DNA from: Candidatus Eiseniibacteriota bacterium
GTDB lineage: Bacteria; Eisenbacteria; RBG-16-71-46; JABDJR01
Direction of reading: 5' to 3'
DNA: 64,000 nt
Assembly (NCBI GenBank): GCA_963762255.1
Contig: CAVXKA010000001.1
Span: 1,344,001-1,408,000, forward strand
Position numbers and translations under genes: made by a program. The notes beneath the pieces are model-generated. The model saw only the letters and a program-made list of their open reading frames with translations. It was not told the origin of the DNA and searched no databases. Shown here piece by piece: positions 37,541-48,463 of the stretch; the first letter of the stretch is position 1; every line of letters starts with the position of its first letter.

Positions 37541-38673
37541 GCGCGGCGCGCACGCAGGGTGAGCGCGGCGTGAGCGGACCCCGCCCCGCGCTTGCGGCAC
37601 GCTTGAACTGGCGCGCGCTGACCATGGTGGGCGCGCTTGCCCTCATCTGGATCGTGTTCGGCCTCCTCACCGACGGCACCTTCTTCCTGCCGCGCAATCT
37701 CTCGCTCCTGGCGCGACAGATGTCGGTGACCGCGATCCTCGCCGTCGGGATGGTGCTGGTGATCGTCGCCGGTCAGATCGATCTCTCGGTCGGCGCGATG
37801 TCGGGTCTGCTCGGCGGACTTTCCACGTTGGCGCTGATGAAGCTGGGCTGGCCGCTGCCGGCCGCGGTGGCGCTGGCGCTCGCGGCGGGGGCGGCGTTCG
37901 GCGCTGTGCAGGGAGGCCTCGTCGCGCGGTTCCGCATACCTCCCTTCATCGTGACGCTGGGCGGCATGCTCATCTTTCAAGGGGCGCTCCTGGGCGTGAC
38001 CGGAGGAGTGTCCACCGCGCCCAGCCGCGGCTACCTGCGCATCGCGCAGACGTATTTGCCCGCGTGGCTCGGGTGGACGGCCGCGCTGGTGGTGGCGGCG
38101 CTCTTGCTCGTTCACGCCGCGCGCTCGGCGGGGCTCACCCGCGTGCGCGACATCGTGCTGGCGGCGGTTGCGCTGGTCGCCGCCGCGGTGATGAACGCCT
38201 ATGAGGGCATTCCGTTTCCGGTATTGCTCGTGCTCGTGATCGCGCTGCTCTTGGCCTTGGTCGCCGGGCGCACGCCGTTCGGAAGACACCTGTATGCGAT
38301 CGGCGGGAACCGAGACGCGGCGTTCTACGCGGGCATCCCGATCGGGCGGCGCATCGTCGGCGTGTTCAGCCTGATGGGACTTCTGTGCGGCATGGCCGGC
38401 GTCGTGCTCACCGCGCGCGTCGGCGCCGCCACGGTGGACGCCGGGCGCATGATGGAGCTGGACGCGATCGCCGCGGCGGTCATCGGCGGCACCTCGCTCA
38501 TGGGCGGCCAGGGGACGGTGTGGGGTGCCTTGCTCGGCGCGCTGGTCATGGCGTCGCTCGACAACGGCATGAGCCTCCTCAACACCGAGTCGTTCTGGCA
38601 GCCGATCCTCAAGGGGACGATCCTCATCGCCGCGGTGGCGATGGACATGGCGGGGCGGCGCAGGGAGCGGTAG
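37537..38673 (+). CDS. xylH: Sugar ABC transporter permease (XylH-like)
   Basis: IDLSVG, IPPFIVTL, GRHLYAIGGN, ELDAIAAAVIGGTSLMGG. Confidence 0.85.
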   Translation: MSAARTQGERGVSGPRPALAARLNWRALTMVGALALIWIVFGLLTDGTFFLPRNLSLLARQMSVTAILAVGMVLVIVAGQIDLSVGAMSGLLGGLSTLALMKLGWPLPAAVALALAAGAAFGAVQGGLVARFRIPPFIVTLGGMLIFQGALLGVTGGVSTAPSRGYLRIAQTYLPAWLGWTAALVVAALLLVHAARSAGLTRVRDIVLAAVALVAAAVMNAYEGIPFPVLLVLVIALLLALVAGRTPFGRHLYAIGGNRDAAFYAGIPIGRRIVGVFSLMGLLCGMAGVVLTARVGAATVDAGRMMELDAIAAAVIGGTSLMGGQGTVWGALLGALVMASLDNGMSLLNTESFWQPILKGTILIAAVAMDMAGRRRER

Positions 38674-38741
38674 GCCGCTTCGGCGCGTTGGTCGCGGTCC
38701 CGTCCGGCGCCGCTATTCACAAGTCGAGCTGGCACCCCGGT

Positions 38742-40064
38742 TCAGAAGAGCGCGTTCTCCAGGTCGTAGTTCAGGCCGAGGTTCAACTGCCAGTTCCAGT
38801 ACTCGTCGTGCCTACGATCCCCGGTCCCAGTACGCTGCCATTGGACCCTGACGGTGGGCGAGAGGCTCACGCGATCCTCGATGTAGAACCGGTACGTGGA
38901 TTGAAGGCCGAGCAACCGCTCGCGCGAGATGAAGTCGCTCTCGGGGACCTCGGAGTACCTGAAGGAGCCGGTGAGGAAGGTTGTCCAGATCGCGCGATCG
39001 GCCACGACCCAAAGGTGCTGGGTGGAGAGACTTCCGAGTCCCAGCTCGTGCTTGCCCTGCGCGGGGTTCGAATAATCCCACCACGAGTACGAGCCGCTGA
39101 ACGCGAGCGCGAGCTGGCGGTCGAGGCTCAGGTTGTGGATCCATCGGGCATCGATCGCCGGACCCAGGTTCGTGCTCCATTCGCGCTCGTTGCCGCCGGT
39201 CGAGCTGCGGCTGGCGCGGGCGCTCAACTCCACGCGCGCCCCCTCCTCACGCGACCCTAGGTTTTCCTGGAGCACATCGCGCAGGTAGAGGACCTCGTAG
39301 GGAGAGAGCGGTTCGCCCCGGCCCAGGAGCGGCTCCAGCACGTCCCGCCAGAGCTGCCGGTCGGGCCGGTCGAAGACCCGCTGGTAGCCCCCAATGCGGG
39401 CGAAGACACCGGCGAGGCGAAGGACATCCTCGCGGGAAAGCGGCTCCCGTCCCAGCGCCCGCAAGCGCTCGCTCAGGCGCTGTGCCTGAAGGAGCGGGGT
39501 CACGTCGCGGACTCTTCCATACCCGGCGCCCATACCGACCGAGGTCGAGAGACTGCGCTGCAGGTACACGCTCCCGCCACTACCCTGGTGGGAGCGGTCC
39601 TCCTGGTAGCGGCCCCTGATGTCCGCGCTTCCCAGCAGGTAGGTGTCACCTCGGGCGTAGTCACGGATCGAGCCGGACAGGTCGAGTTCTTCCGTGAAGG
39701 TGGACTGATAACCCCGGCCGGCTGTCGTGCCCACCCGCTGCCAGGACCAATCCCCCTCCTCGCCCGCCGAAACCGACCAGTTCCTTGGTTCGCTCTCGCG
39801 GTGCCACGTCACGTAGAGCCCCTGCTGGGCATTCGCGACGGTCCGGCTGTTGTCGGAGTAGCTCATGGACCCGTACCGGTTCGAACCCAGCCCCCCCGAT
39901 CCGAGCCCGAGCGTGACAGTCCGGTATCCCCAGTCCGGGAGGCGGTAGTCGAGGAGCGTCGATACGTCCTCGGGATTGGTGAAGCCCACCGAGGTCTGGG
40001 CGGCGGCCGGATCGGCGACAACGCAGAGGGCGAGAACGGCCAAGATGAGCAAGCTGGGTTTCAT
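38742..40064 (-). CDS. Hypothetical outer-membrane beta-barrel-like protein
   Basis: Signal peptide MKPSLLILAVLALCVVADPAAA, aromatic alternating strands, C-terminal WQLNLGLNYDLENALF. Confidence 0.6.
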   Translation of the reverse strand: MKPSLLILAVLALCVVADPAAAQTSVGFTNPEDVSTLLDYRLPDWGYRTVTLGLGSGGLGSNRYGSMSYSDNSRTVANAQQGLYVTWHRESEPRNWSVSAGEEGDWSWQRVGTTAGRGYQSTFTEELDLSGSIRDYARGDTYLLGSADIRGRYQEDRSHQGSGGSVYLQRSLSTSVGMGAGYGRVRDVTPLLQAQRLSERLRALGREPLSREDVLRLAGVFARIGGYQRVFDRPDRQLWRDVLEPLLGRGEPLSPYEVLYLRDVLQENLGSREEGARVELSARASRSSTGGNEREWSTNLGPAIDARWIHNLSLDRQLALAFSGSYSWWDYSNPAQGKHELGLGSLSTQHLWVVADRAIWTTFLTGSFRYSEVPESDFISRERLLGLQSTYRFYIEDRVSLSPTVRVQWQRTGTGDRRHDEYWNWQLNLGLNYDLENALF

Positions 40065-40280
40065 GCGGCGCTCCAGGTTCGAGAACGTTGGCAAGCCCGG
40101 TCTACGCACGAGGGTGGGCGCAAGATACGCGCCCCGCACCGGCAAGGCAACCCGCTGCCTGCCGGCGTTGCCCCGACACGCCATCGCGGTTAGAGTTGCG
40201 TGCTCGGTGATGACCGGTCGAGCCCACCGGCGCGGCAAGAGCGCCCTCGGGGCGGCCCACAGTGAAGCAAGGGAGTCAGG

Positions 40281-41684
40281 ATGCAGCGGGACAGGATCAA
40301 GACGTTGTTGGCGCAGGGCGCGGCCGGACAGGCGGTGACCGTGTGCGGATGGGTCCGCACGAAACGCGAGTCGAAGGAGATCGCCTTCCTCGCCGTCAAC
40401 GACGGAACCACGCAGGAGCACCTGCAGCTTGTGATCCCGTCCGGTTCACCGGCGTCGGCGCTCCTGTCACGCGTGGGCACGGGCGCGGCGCTCCTCGCCC
40501 GCGGAACCCTGCGCGAGTCGCCCGCCGCGGGTCAAAAGTGGGAAGTGGCGGTCTCCGATTTGGAGATCTTCGGCGAGGCCGATCCCCAGACCTACCCGCT
40601 GCAGAAGAAGGGGCACACGCTCGAGTTCTTGCGCGAGATCGGGCACCTGCGGCCGCGCACGAACACGCTGGGTGCGGTGTTCCGCGTGCGCAACGCATTG
40701 GCCTTCGCCGTCCACGAGTTCTTTCAGAGCCGCGGCTTCGTGTGGGCCCACACGCCGCTCATCACCACCAGCGACAGCGAAGGGGCGGGGCAGCTCTTCA
40801 ACGTCACCACGTTGGATCTGAACGCGGTGCCTCGCGGCGAAGACGGCGCCATCGACTTCGATCAGGACTTCTTCGGGCGTCGCGCGTACCTCACCGTGAG
40901 CGGCCAGCTCGAGGCCGAGTTCATGGCGATGGCGCTCGGCGACGTCTACACCTTCGGCCCCACCTTCCGCGCCGAGAACTCCAACACCGCACGCCACCTC
41001 TCCGAGTTCTGGATGATCGAGCCGGAGATGGCGTTCGCCGATCTCGGCGACGACATGACGCTGGCCGAGGACTTCATCCGTCACCTCTGCCGCACGGTGG
41101 TGGAGCGCTGCCCGGACGAGCTGGCGTTCTTCGCGAAGCAATACAAGGAAACGGCGATGCCGATCGACGAGATCGCGCGCCTCGCCGATACGAAGTTCGC
41201 GCGATGCACCTACACGGAGGCCGTCGCGGAACTCGAGAACGCGATGAAGGGCGGCCGCAAGTTCGAGTTCCCGGTCGGATGGGGGAAGGACTTGCAGAGC
41301 GAACACGAGCGGTTCCTCACCGACCAGGTCTTCAAGGGGCCGGTCATCGTCACCGACTACCCGGAAGCGATCAAGGCCTTCTACATGCGCATGAACGACG
41401 ACGGGAAGACGGTGGCGGCGATGGACGTGCTCGTGCCGCGCATCGGCGAGATCATCGGCGGGAGCCAGCGCGAGGAGCGGCTCGACCGGCTCGAAGCGCG
41501 CATGCGCACGATGAACATCCCCACGGACGGGATGCAGTGGTATCTCGACCTGCGCCGCTACGGCTCGGCGCCGCACTGCGGGTTCGGACTCGGCTTCGAG
41601 CGGGCGGTCCAGTACCTCACCGGCATGCAGAACATCCGCGACGTGATTCCCTGTCCCCGCGCGCCGCGCGAAGCGGGGTTCTAG
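40281..41684 (+). CDS. asnS: Asparagine--tRNA ligase
   Basis: [59 protein letters not shown]. Confidence 0.97.
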   Translation: MQRDRIKTLLAQGAAGQAVTVCGWVRTKRESKEIAFLAVNDGTTQEHLQLVIPSGSPASALLSRVGTGAALLARGTLRESPAAGQKWEVAVSDLEIFGEADPQTYPLQKKGHTLEFLREIGHLRPRTNTLGAVFRVRNALAFAVHEFFQSRGFVWAHTPLITTSDSEGAGQLFNVTTLDLNAVPRGEDGAIDFDQDFFGRRAYLTVSGQLEAEFMAMALGDVYTFGPTFRAENSNTARHLSEFWMIEPEMAFADLGDDMTLAEDFIRHLCRTVVERCPDELAFFAKQYKETAMPIDEIARLADTKFARCTYTEAVAELENAMKGGRKFEFPVGWGKDLQSEHERFLTDQVFKGPVIVTDYPEAIKAFYMRMNDDGKTVAAMDVLVPRIGEIIGGSQREERLDRLEARMRTMNIPTDGMQWYLDLRRYGSAPHCGFGLGFERAVQYLTGMQNIRDVIPCPRAPREAGF

Positions 41685-41788
41685 GACTTTTCCAAGCTGT
41701 TTTCGGCCCCCCCCGCCGTATTCTAATTGCGGACTAATCTTGTCGGGTATATGCTGCTCGTCCGTAGTCTTCCCTCCCGGAGGTCCGA

Positions 41789-44004
41789 TTGATCGGCAAG
41801 AACGTCTCTCATTATCGCGTCGTGGACAGGCTTGGCAGCGGGGGGATGGGGGTCGTCTACCGAGCGGAGGATACGGTCCTGGACCGCTCGGTCGCCCTCA
41901 AGTTCCTCCCCCAGGAGGCCACCCGGGACAAGCCCTCTCTGGATCGGTTCCTCCGCGAAGCCCGCTCGGCTGCGGCACTCAACCATCCGCACATCTGCAC
42001 CATTCATGAGATCGGGGAGCACGAGGGAGAGCCTTTCATCGTGATGGAGTTGATGGAGGGGCAGACGCTGGCGCAGCGCATCGAGGGCAAGCCGCTCAAG
42101 ATCGATCTCATCTTGGACCTGGGCATTCAAGTCGGCGAGGCGCTGGAAGCCGCCCACGCCAAGGGCATCATCCATCGCGACATCAAGCCGGCCAACATCT
42201 TCGTGACCGCGTCGAGCAAGGCCAAGGTCCTCGACTTCGGTCTCGCCAAGCCGACCGACTCCGAACGTTGGGGACGGCGTTCAATCCGGCATGGAGACCG
42301 CGGCGGGGGCCCGGGACCTGACGATGGCCGGCTCCACGGTCGGCACCGCCGCGTACATGTCGCCGGAGCAGGCCCGTGGAGAAGCACTCGACCAACGCAG
42401 CGATCTCTTTTCGTTCGGGGCGGTGCTGTACGAGATGGCTACCGGCGTCACCGCCTTCGGCGGGAGCACGTCGGCCATCGTCTTCGATGCGATCCTGAAC
42501 GGCACGCCGCGTCCCGCTGCGCGGCTCAACGGCGAGGTGCCGCCGGAGCTGGAGCGGATCATCGGGAAGGCCCTCGAGAAGGACCCGGATCTGCGCTACC
42601 AGACGGCCACCGAACTCAAGACCGATCTCAAGCGACTGCGGCGGGATCTGGGCTCCGGGACCGGCCGGCTGCCTCCCGCTCGGAGGGATCCGCGCCCGGT
42701 GCCGCGGAGCCAAGGCCGAGAAGAAATCGGTCGCCGTTCTCTACTTCGAGAACCTGAGCGGCGCCAAGGACGACGAGTACTTTCGCGACGGCATGACCGA
42801 GGACATCATCACCGAGCTCTCCAAGATCGGTCAGATCAGGATCTTCCCGCGCTCGGAGGTTCTCGGGTTCCGCGACCGGCCGATCACCGCGCCGGAGGTC
42901 GGGCAGCAGCTCAACGCCGCCTACGTCCTGGAAGGGAGCATCCGCCGCGCTGGAAATCGGCTTCGCATCACGGCGCAGCTCGTCGAGACCCGCACCCGTC
43001 ACTCCGCCTGGGCCGAACGCTACGATCGCGAGATGGAGGACGTCTTCGCGATCCAGGACGAGATCGCCCGGAGCATTGCTCAGGCTCTGCGCGTCACGCT
43101 CTCTCCTCAGGAGGAGCGGACCATCGCGCGCAAGCCCACCGAGAACCTGCAGGCCTACGACTACTACCTGCGCGGTCGCAGCTATACCCGGCGCGAGAAC
43201 CTCGACTTCGCCCTGCAGATGTTCGAGCAGGCCATCAAGCTCGATGCGGACTTCGCGCTGGCCCACGCCGGAGTAGGGAACGTCTGCGGGATGATCTTCG
43301 AGCTTCGGGAGCAGGATCCCAAGTGGATCGAGCGCGGCGTGACCGCGTGCGACCGGGCTCTGGCCCTCGACCCGCATTCAGCCGAGATCTTGGCCGCGCG
43401 GGCGCGCATCTACTACGCCCAGAAGGAGCACGACCAGGCGATCCACTTCGCGCGCATGGCCATCGAGCGCAAGGCGGATTGCGAGGGGTCGTACAACATC
43501 CTGGGTCGCGCTCTCTTCGCCTCGGACCGAGCCGAAGAGGCCGCAGCGCTAACCGATCGCGCCCTTGAGGCGAACGGGGACGACTACAACACCTACATCC
43601 CGTACCAGAACGCGCTGGCGAGGCTTGGAAAGACGGCGGCGGTGCTGGAACTCCGCCGCAAGGTCGTGGTGGTTCTCGAGAGGCAGTTGGAACTCGTGCC
43701 GGAGGATGTCCGCGCCCGGATCCTCCTGGCCGCCCACTGCGCGGAACTCGGCCGCCCGGACGACGCGATCCGTCACCTGCAGACCGCGGTGGCCCTTCGC
43801 CCCGGGGATTCCAATGTTCTCTACAACGCCGCTTGCACCTACGGACTTCTCGGGAAGAAGGCCGAGGCACTGGACACGATCAAGAAGGCCTTCGAGGCCG
43901 GCTACGGCAACCGGGAATGGGCGGCTCGGGACTCGGATCTGGCGACGCTGCGGGATGACCCCGAATTCCAGCGCCTGGTGGGGCTGCCCTCCGCTCCGGC
44001 CTAG
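41789..44004 (+). CDS. Cytoplasmic Hanks-type Ser/Thr kinase with TolB-like and TPR domains; frameshifts near 42280 and 42690
   Basis: [30 protein letters not shown]; [10 protein letters not shown]...[16 protein letters not shown]; [11 protein letters not shown] tail. Confidence 0.9.
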
Positions 44005-44067
44005 CCCCAAGCCGCCTTCTTCCGATCGGGACGGAGAGCGGCGGGTGTTGCCCGCCGCTCCCACTCC

Positions 44068-44946
44068 TCAGTCCACCTTGATTACAAGGTACCGGACCTT
44101 GCGGAACTCCTCGGCGTTCGTGATCCGCAGCTCCGCCAGATCCGGTCGGATCGGGACGAGCTGGTAGCTCGCCGTGCTCTGCCCGCTCAGGACGACCGGC
44201 TTTTTTCCGGGGACCTGGAGAATCTTCTGCGCATCGGTGTCGACCCGAGTGAAGAAGCGCTCCGGGAACTGGCCGGAGAGCCGCGCCGATTTCCCGATGC
44301 CGATCAGGCCGCCCGCCTCGCGAATCACCCCGAGTTCCTTGAGCTTCTTCTTGGTCTCCGACAGGTAGTAGATCGTGCTGATCTCGCGGCGCTTGTTCTC
44401 GATCACCTGCTCTTGCTCGGCGATGTGCTGGCGCCCGGTCTCCACGTCAGCGCGCAGCGTCGTGACCTGAACCTCGAGCACTTCGACCCGGGCGGTTAGC
44501 GTCTGGATCATCTGCTCCCGGTCCGACACCGTCTTCTTGAGGTTGGAGACGATTCGCTCCAGGGAGGCCACCTGCACGTCTCGCGCTGCGAGCGTTTCCT
44601 CCAGGCGTTTGATCATCGCCTTGCTGCGCGCGATGCTCTCGTTGAGATCGGAGATGGTGCGGAGCACCTGATCCTTGCGACTCGCGGTGAGCGGACCGCC
44701 CCGCTCGACGTCCTGCGAGACGTTCAGCACGGCCGACTCACTCGGCAGGATGGCGGTCAAGCTATCCTGGATCTCCACGATGGAAACGAGCGCGGCATCA
44801 AATCGCGTGCGCAGGGAGTCCTCCGACGCGCGGGTCGCAAGATACTTGCGCCCCAATTCCTGACTGCGTTGATTGAGTAGCAGGACCCCCGTGGTCAGAC
44901 CTGCAAAGACGACCACGGCCAAGCCGATCAAAAGCGCTTTCTTCAC
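44068..44946 (-). CDS. Membrane-anchored coiled-coil hypothetical protein
   Basis: N-terminal TM, long heptad region, C-terminal beta domain ending YLVIKVD. Confidence 0.7.
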   Translation of the reverse strand: MKKALLIGLAVVVFAGLTTGVLLLNQRSQELGRKYLATRASEDSLRTRFDAALVSIVEIQDSLTAILPSESAVLNVSQDVERGGPLTASRKDQVLRTISDLNESIARSKAMIKRLEETLAARDVQVASLERIVSNLKKTVSDREQMIQTLTARVEVLEVQVTTLRADVETGRQHIAEQEQVIENKRREISTIYYLSETKKKLKELGVIREAGGLIGIGKSARLSGQFPERFFTRVDTDAQKILQVPGKKPVVLSGQSTASYQLVPIRPDLAELRITNAEEFRKVRYLVIKVD

Positions 44947-45327
44947 GGTGGTACCTCCGAAAACAATCTCGCGTGGTCCCGCATTCTGCGGGGGACACGC
45001 CGAGAACGTGGCGGGGCGATCCGTCGGGCATCATCCCCCAGCCGAGGTTCAGCGACAAGGGCGGGCGCCAGCCGGGGTACCCGGCCGCGCCAAGCCCCCC
45101 TGAAGAGCAAGATCCAAGCCCAAGCATGGCCCTAATTGCCCGGGCGGTTCGGGGGCTGTAGGCCATCCAGAAGCGGGGGAGGTGCGATCGGCGAGTGATC
45201 GTGTCGGCGATCCAAGGCCCTGGAGGGGCCTCTCGATGCCGCGGAAGCGGGAAGTGGGAATTTTGTGCAGGGTAAGAACTGCCCTTCTCGGAGGACGACT
45301 CCTACCCGACGCGATGGCGCTGGATGA

Positions 45328-45750
45328 TCACCGCCGCTCCTTCAGGTTGGTCCCGAAACCCACCCCGCGGAATCCTGCGTCGCGCACCAGGTCGAGGATA
45401 TGCACGACTTGGCCGTGCGGCACCGTTTCGTCCGCGTTCAGGGTGACCCGGCTTTCGGGGTTCTTGTCCACGATGGCCTTGAGACGAGCCTCCAAGTTGG
45501 CAGGGTCGACCGGCTCCCCGTTCAGAGTCACCGCGCCACCCTGACGGACGCCCAGGTCCACCGAGTGGGGTTGCGTGCCGGGGGCGGAGGTGGTCGAGTC
45601 GGGGAGATTGAGTTCCATCTCTCCCATTTGCCTGAACGTGCCGGTGACCATGAAGAAGATGAGGAACAGGAAGAGCACGTCGACTAGTGACGTGACGTTG
45701 AGCTGTAGCTGGTGGCGCGACTTCCGCTCACGGAAGATCATGCGGCTCAC
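45328..45750 (-). CDS. exbD: Biopolymer transporter ExbD/TolR
   Basis: LNVTSLVDVLFLFLIFFMVT, ADETVPHGQVVHILD. Confidence 0.9.
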   Translation of the reverse strand: MSRMIFRERKSRHQLQLNVTSLVDVLFLFLIFFMVTGTFRQMGEMELNLPDSTTSAPGTQPHSVDLGVRQGGAVTLNGEPVDPANLEARLKAIVDKNPESRVTLNADETVPHGQVVHILDLVRDAGFRGVGFGTNLKERR

Positions 45751-46370
45751 TGGCCGGCTCCGTCCGTGGTCTTGCGGCGGAGCCGGCTCACCAACTCGCT
45801 CGCGTGGGCTTCTATGCTGTTGACCAAACTCTCGGCTTTGGCTTCGAGCAAGTTATAGGCGACGAGGCTGGGAATCCCGATCCCCAACCCCACCGCGGTG
45901 GTGATCATGGCTTCGCTGATTCCCTCGGAGAGAACCTGGGCATTCCCCAGCCCCGCGACCGAAATCGCCGTGAACATCTTCATCATGCCGAGGACCGTGC
46001 CCATGAGTCCGAGGAGCGGCGCGGCCTGGGCCACGGTCTGGAGCCATACCAGGCGATCTTCCAGCCGGCTCGTCTCCTGGCGGCCCACGTCGAGCGTGGT
46101 GTCGCGCATGATCTCCCAGGGTTGGTCGGCGTTCTCGAGACCGGCCCGCATAATGTTCGCGAGCACGCCCGGATTGTTGCGGACCACTTCCAGCGCGACG
46201 CTCAAGTCCCGCGCCGGTCGCACCGCCTCCACCACCTCCACGATCTCGCGCGGGAGTACCTTGCTCCGCCTGAGCGCCAGCATCCGTTCGATGGTGATGA
46301 GGGATGCGACCAGACTGCATAAGCCGAGAGGGTAGATAAGGATGCCTGCCTTGGCGAAGAACTCGACCAT
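45747..46370 (-). CDS. exbB: MotA/TolQ/ExbB proton channel
   Basis: APLLGLMGTVLGM, GISEAMITTAVGL. Confidence 0.9.
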   Translation of the reverse strand: MVEFFAKAGILIYPLGLCSLVASLITIERMLALRRSKVLPREIVEVVEAVRPARDLSVALEVVRNNPGVLANIMRAGLENADQPWEIMRDTTLDVGRQETSRLEDRLVWLQTVAQAAPLLGLMGTVLGMMKMFTAISVAGLGNAQVLSEGISEAMITTAVGLGIGIPSLVAYNLLEAKAESLVNSIEAHASELVSRLRRKTTDGAGQ

Positions 46371-46414
46371 TCACGAACCTCCGTTCGGGCCGCGGCGTAC
46401 CGCGGTGGATGGGA

Positions 46415-47473
46415 TCAAGGACGGCCCCCGCGGCGGAAGGGCCGCTCGGGAGCCTGAACCTGACGGCGTTCCTGGAGCTGCCGCAGGTCCTGCCGCAAAT
46501 CCGGGTAGACGAGCCGAATCCGAAGAATGAGGGTCTTCTCCGGGAAGTCGGCGGGAAGCGGTTGGTAGGGCGCCATCGTCCGGAACGTGAGTTCGCTCGT
46601 CTGCACAAGCACGATGTCCCCCTCTTGTTGGAGGAGATCCATGCGGAGGAGCCTGCCGTCGGTGGCGATCTCCAATTCCAGGACGTGAGAGCCATGAATC
46701 ATGCCCATGCGATAGGCGTAGGGCGCGGACCAACGGCTGAGAAAGTCGCGGGTGAAGCGTTGGAGCCAGGGAGCGTACGGCCACGCCAGGGTGTTGAGGC
46801 TGATCCCGCCGGGCAGGAACACACCGCCATCGGGGTTGTACATCGCGTCCTGGAGGATGTCGTAGTTGGCGAGGGGCGATAGGAGTCGGAGCTTGTCCGG
46901 ATCCAAGCTGGCGGTGGGCGGACTTAGTTCCGACCGACGGATGTTCGGGTCTTTGTCAGCGGCGGTCCCCCGGGGGTCTTCCGTCGGAATCCCGTCCGCG
47001 TTCGTTTGAGGGGTCAGGTCCTTCTCGGTGAGTCGCGCCCCCTGCTCTGGAGGACGATGTTCTTCGGATCGAGCGGCCCCGCCCCCCGGGCTGAGCGCTA
47101 CGTGAGGGAAGTCCGAAGCTCCGGTCATCCGGGGCATGCCGGTGTCCTTCTCGCTCGCGTTCTCTTGGCGGGCCCGGCTGGTGATGTTGCTCAAGAGGTC
47201 GGCATGGTCGGGAGCCTGGTCCTCGCGGTCGGGTGGGAGTTCGGTGAAGGCCGTGGGTTGATCCGCGTCGGGAGCCTGCTTGGGTTCGGAAATCGGCTTC
47301 GGTGTGAACACGAAGTCGATGGGGGCAGCGTAGCGGGCCTCGACCGGCCGAGGGGCGAGAGGGCGGGCAACGTAGATACCGCCCAGGATCAGAGCGTGAA
47401 GTATGAGGGTCAGCACCGCGGAGACGATCCACGCCCCGCGTTGGTTTCCCCGCTCTCGCGTCCGGCTGGTCAA
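46415..47473 (-). CDS. TonB/TolA-like energy transducer
   Basis: TM with S..LH motif, Pro-rich linker, TonB-C-like end (LEIATDGRL...PYQPLP); upstream of exbB-exbD. Confidence 0.72.
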   Translation of the reverse strand: MTSRTRERGNQRGAWIVSAVLTLILHALILGGIYVARPLAPRPVEARYAAPIDFVFTPKPISEPKQAPDADQPTAFTELPPDREDQAPDHADLLSNITSRARQENASEKDTGMPRMTGASDFPHVALSPGGGAARSEEHRPPEQGARLTEKDLTPQTNADGIPTEDPRGTAADKDPNIRRSELSPPTASLDPDKLRLLSPLANYDILQDAMYNPDGGVFLPGGISLNTLAWPYAPWLQRFTRDFLSRWSAPYAYRMGMIHGSHVLELEIATDGRLLRMDLLQQEGDIVLVQTSELTFRTMAPYQPLPADFPEKTLILRIRLVYPDLRQDLRQLQERRQVQAPERPFRRGGRP

Positions 47474-47513
47474 CTGGATTCCCTTCGGTCCATCGCAGGT
47501 CCCGCGCCCGCGT

Positions 47514-47810
47514 CTATTCGATGCCGAACCGCTTGAGCTTCTCGTAGAGGGTCCGCAGGCCGATGCCGAGTTCCTCGGCGGCGCGCCGGCAATTCCCGCC
47601 TACATCGGCCAGCACGCGACGGATCGCCTCTTCCTCGATCTCCGCCATGGTCTGCGCGCAGCGCTTCCCTTTGGAAGAAACACCGATTCCATCGTCCATG
47701 TCCGCGCCGTGGACCGTGATCTGCTGATCCTCAAAGTGCGTAATGGCGCCGTCCCCCTCCGCATTCTGGGCGTCGATCGCGACATGGGGACTCTCATCCG
47801 CAGGAAGCAT
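47514..47810 (-). CDS. Stand-alone Fis-type HTH protein
   Basis: TMAEIEEEAIRRVLADVGGNCRRAAEELGIGLRTLYEKLKRFGI. Confidence 0.75.
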   Translation of the reverse strand: MLPADESPHVAIDAQNAEGDGAITHFEDQQITVHGADMDDGIGVSSKGKRCAQTMAEIEEEAIRRVLADVGGNCRRAAEELGIGLRTLYEKLKRFGIE

Positions 47811-48016
47811 GCCGAGGCTCTCCGACCGGTTTGATGAGGGTTCAGGGGTTCGGCAGGGTGGGGAAGCTGCCGAAACCGCAGGAGGACTGCGGAATCGGTA
47901 GGTCGCGGGGATCCTCCTCGCCGGCTGACCTGTAGAATACGGATCAGGCGATCGGTGGACATCGCAGGCCGTTCGTCATTTCATCACATCATCGACCCCC
48001 GAAAGGAAATGCAATC

Positions 48017-48463
48017 ATGCCGACCAACACCATTCAGCTTCACCGCGTGCTGCGTGCGACGCCCGAGAGAGTCTATCGGGCGTTCCTGGATCCCGACGCC
48101 ATGGCCAAGTGGATTCCGCCGAATGGATTCACCGGGAAGGTCCACCAGATGGATGCCAGGGTGGGCGGCACCCACAGGATGTCGTTCACGAACTTCAGCA
48201 CCGGGAAGAGCGACTCGTTCGGCGGCAAGTACATCGAGCTGGTGCCGAACGAGCGCATTCGCTACACGGACGCGTTCGACAACCCGAACCTGCCCGGGGA
48301 AATGCAGGTGACCGTGACCTTCAAGAAGGTATCCGTCGGAACCGAGTTGACCATCGTGCAGGAGGGCGTGCCCGACGTCATTCCCCCCGAGGCCTGCTAT
48401 CTAGGCTGGCAGGAATCGCTCGTGCTTCTGGCGAAGCTCGTCGAGGCGGATATTCCGGATTAG
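48017..48463 (+). CDS. SRPBCC/AHSA1-like protein
   Basis: LHRVLRATPERVYRAFLDP, ELVPNERIRYTD, GWQESL. Confidence 0.92.
   Translation: MPTNTIQLHRVLRATPERVYRAFLDPDAMAKWIPPNGFTGKVHQMDARVGGTHRMSFTNFSTGKSDSFGGKYIELVPNERIRYTDAFDNPNLPGEMQVTVTFKKVSVGTELTIVQEGVPDVIPPEACYLGWQESLVLLAKLVEADIPD

Noticed and set aside
19685-42800. Many frameshifted genes (porin, both kinases, sigma/anti-sigma, M16 pair, ClC, GH92, xylG) as pseudogenes or programmed frameshifts
   Set aside because: The breaks are small indels across unrelated genes with intact motifs on both sides and no shared slippery sequence, so long-read consensus error is most likely. Read mapping would decide.
20999-44004. Two similar kinase genes as a recent duplication or repeat
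   Set aside because: Similarity is confined to conserved kinase motifs; the architectures differ (TM versus cytoplasmic), consistent with ordinary paralogs.
44950-45327. 380-bp intergenic region with GC hairpins as possible 6S, SRP or riboswitch RNA
   Set aside because: No diagnostic motif could be recognised; hairpins are expected at this GC. An Rfam scan is needed.
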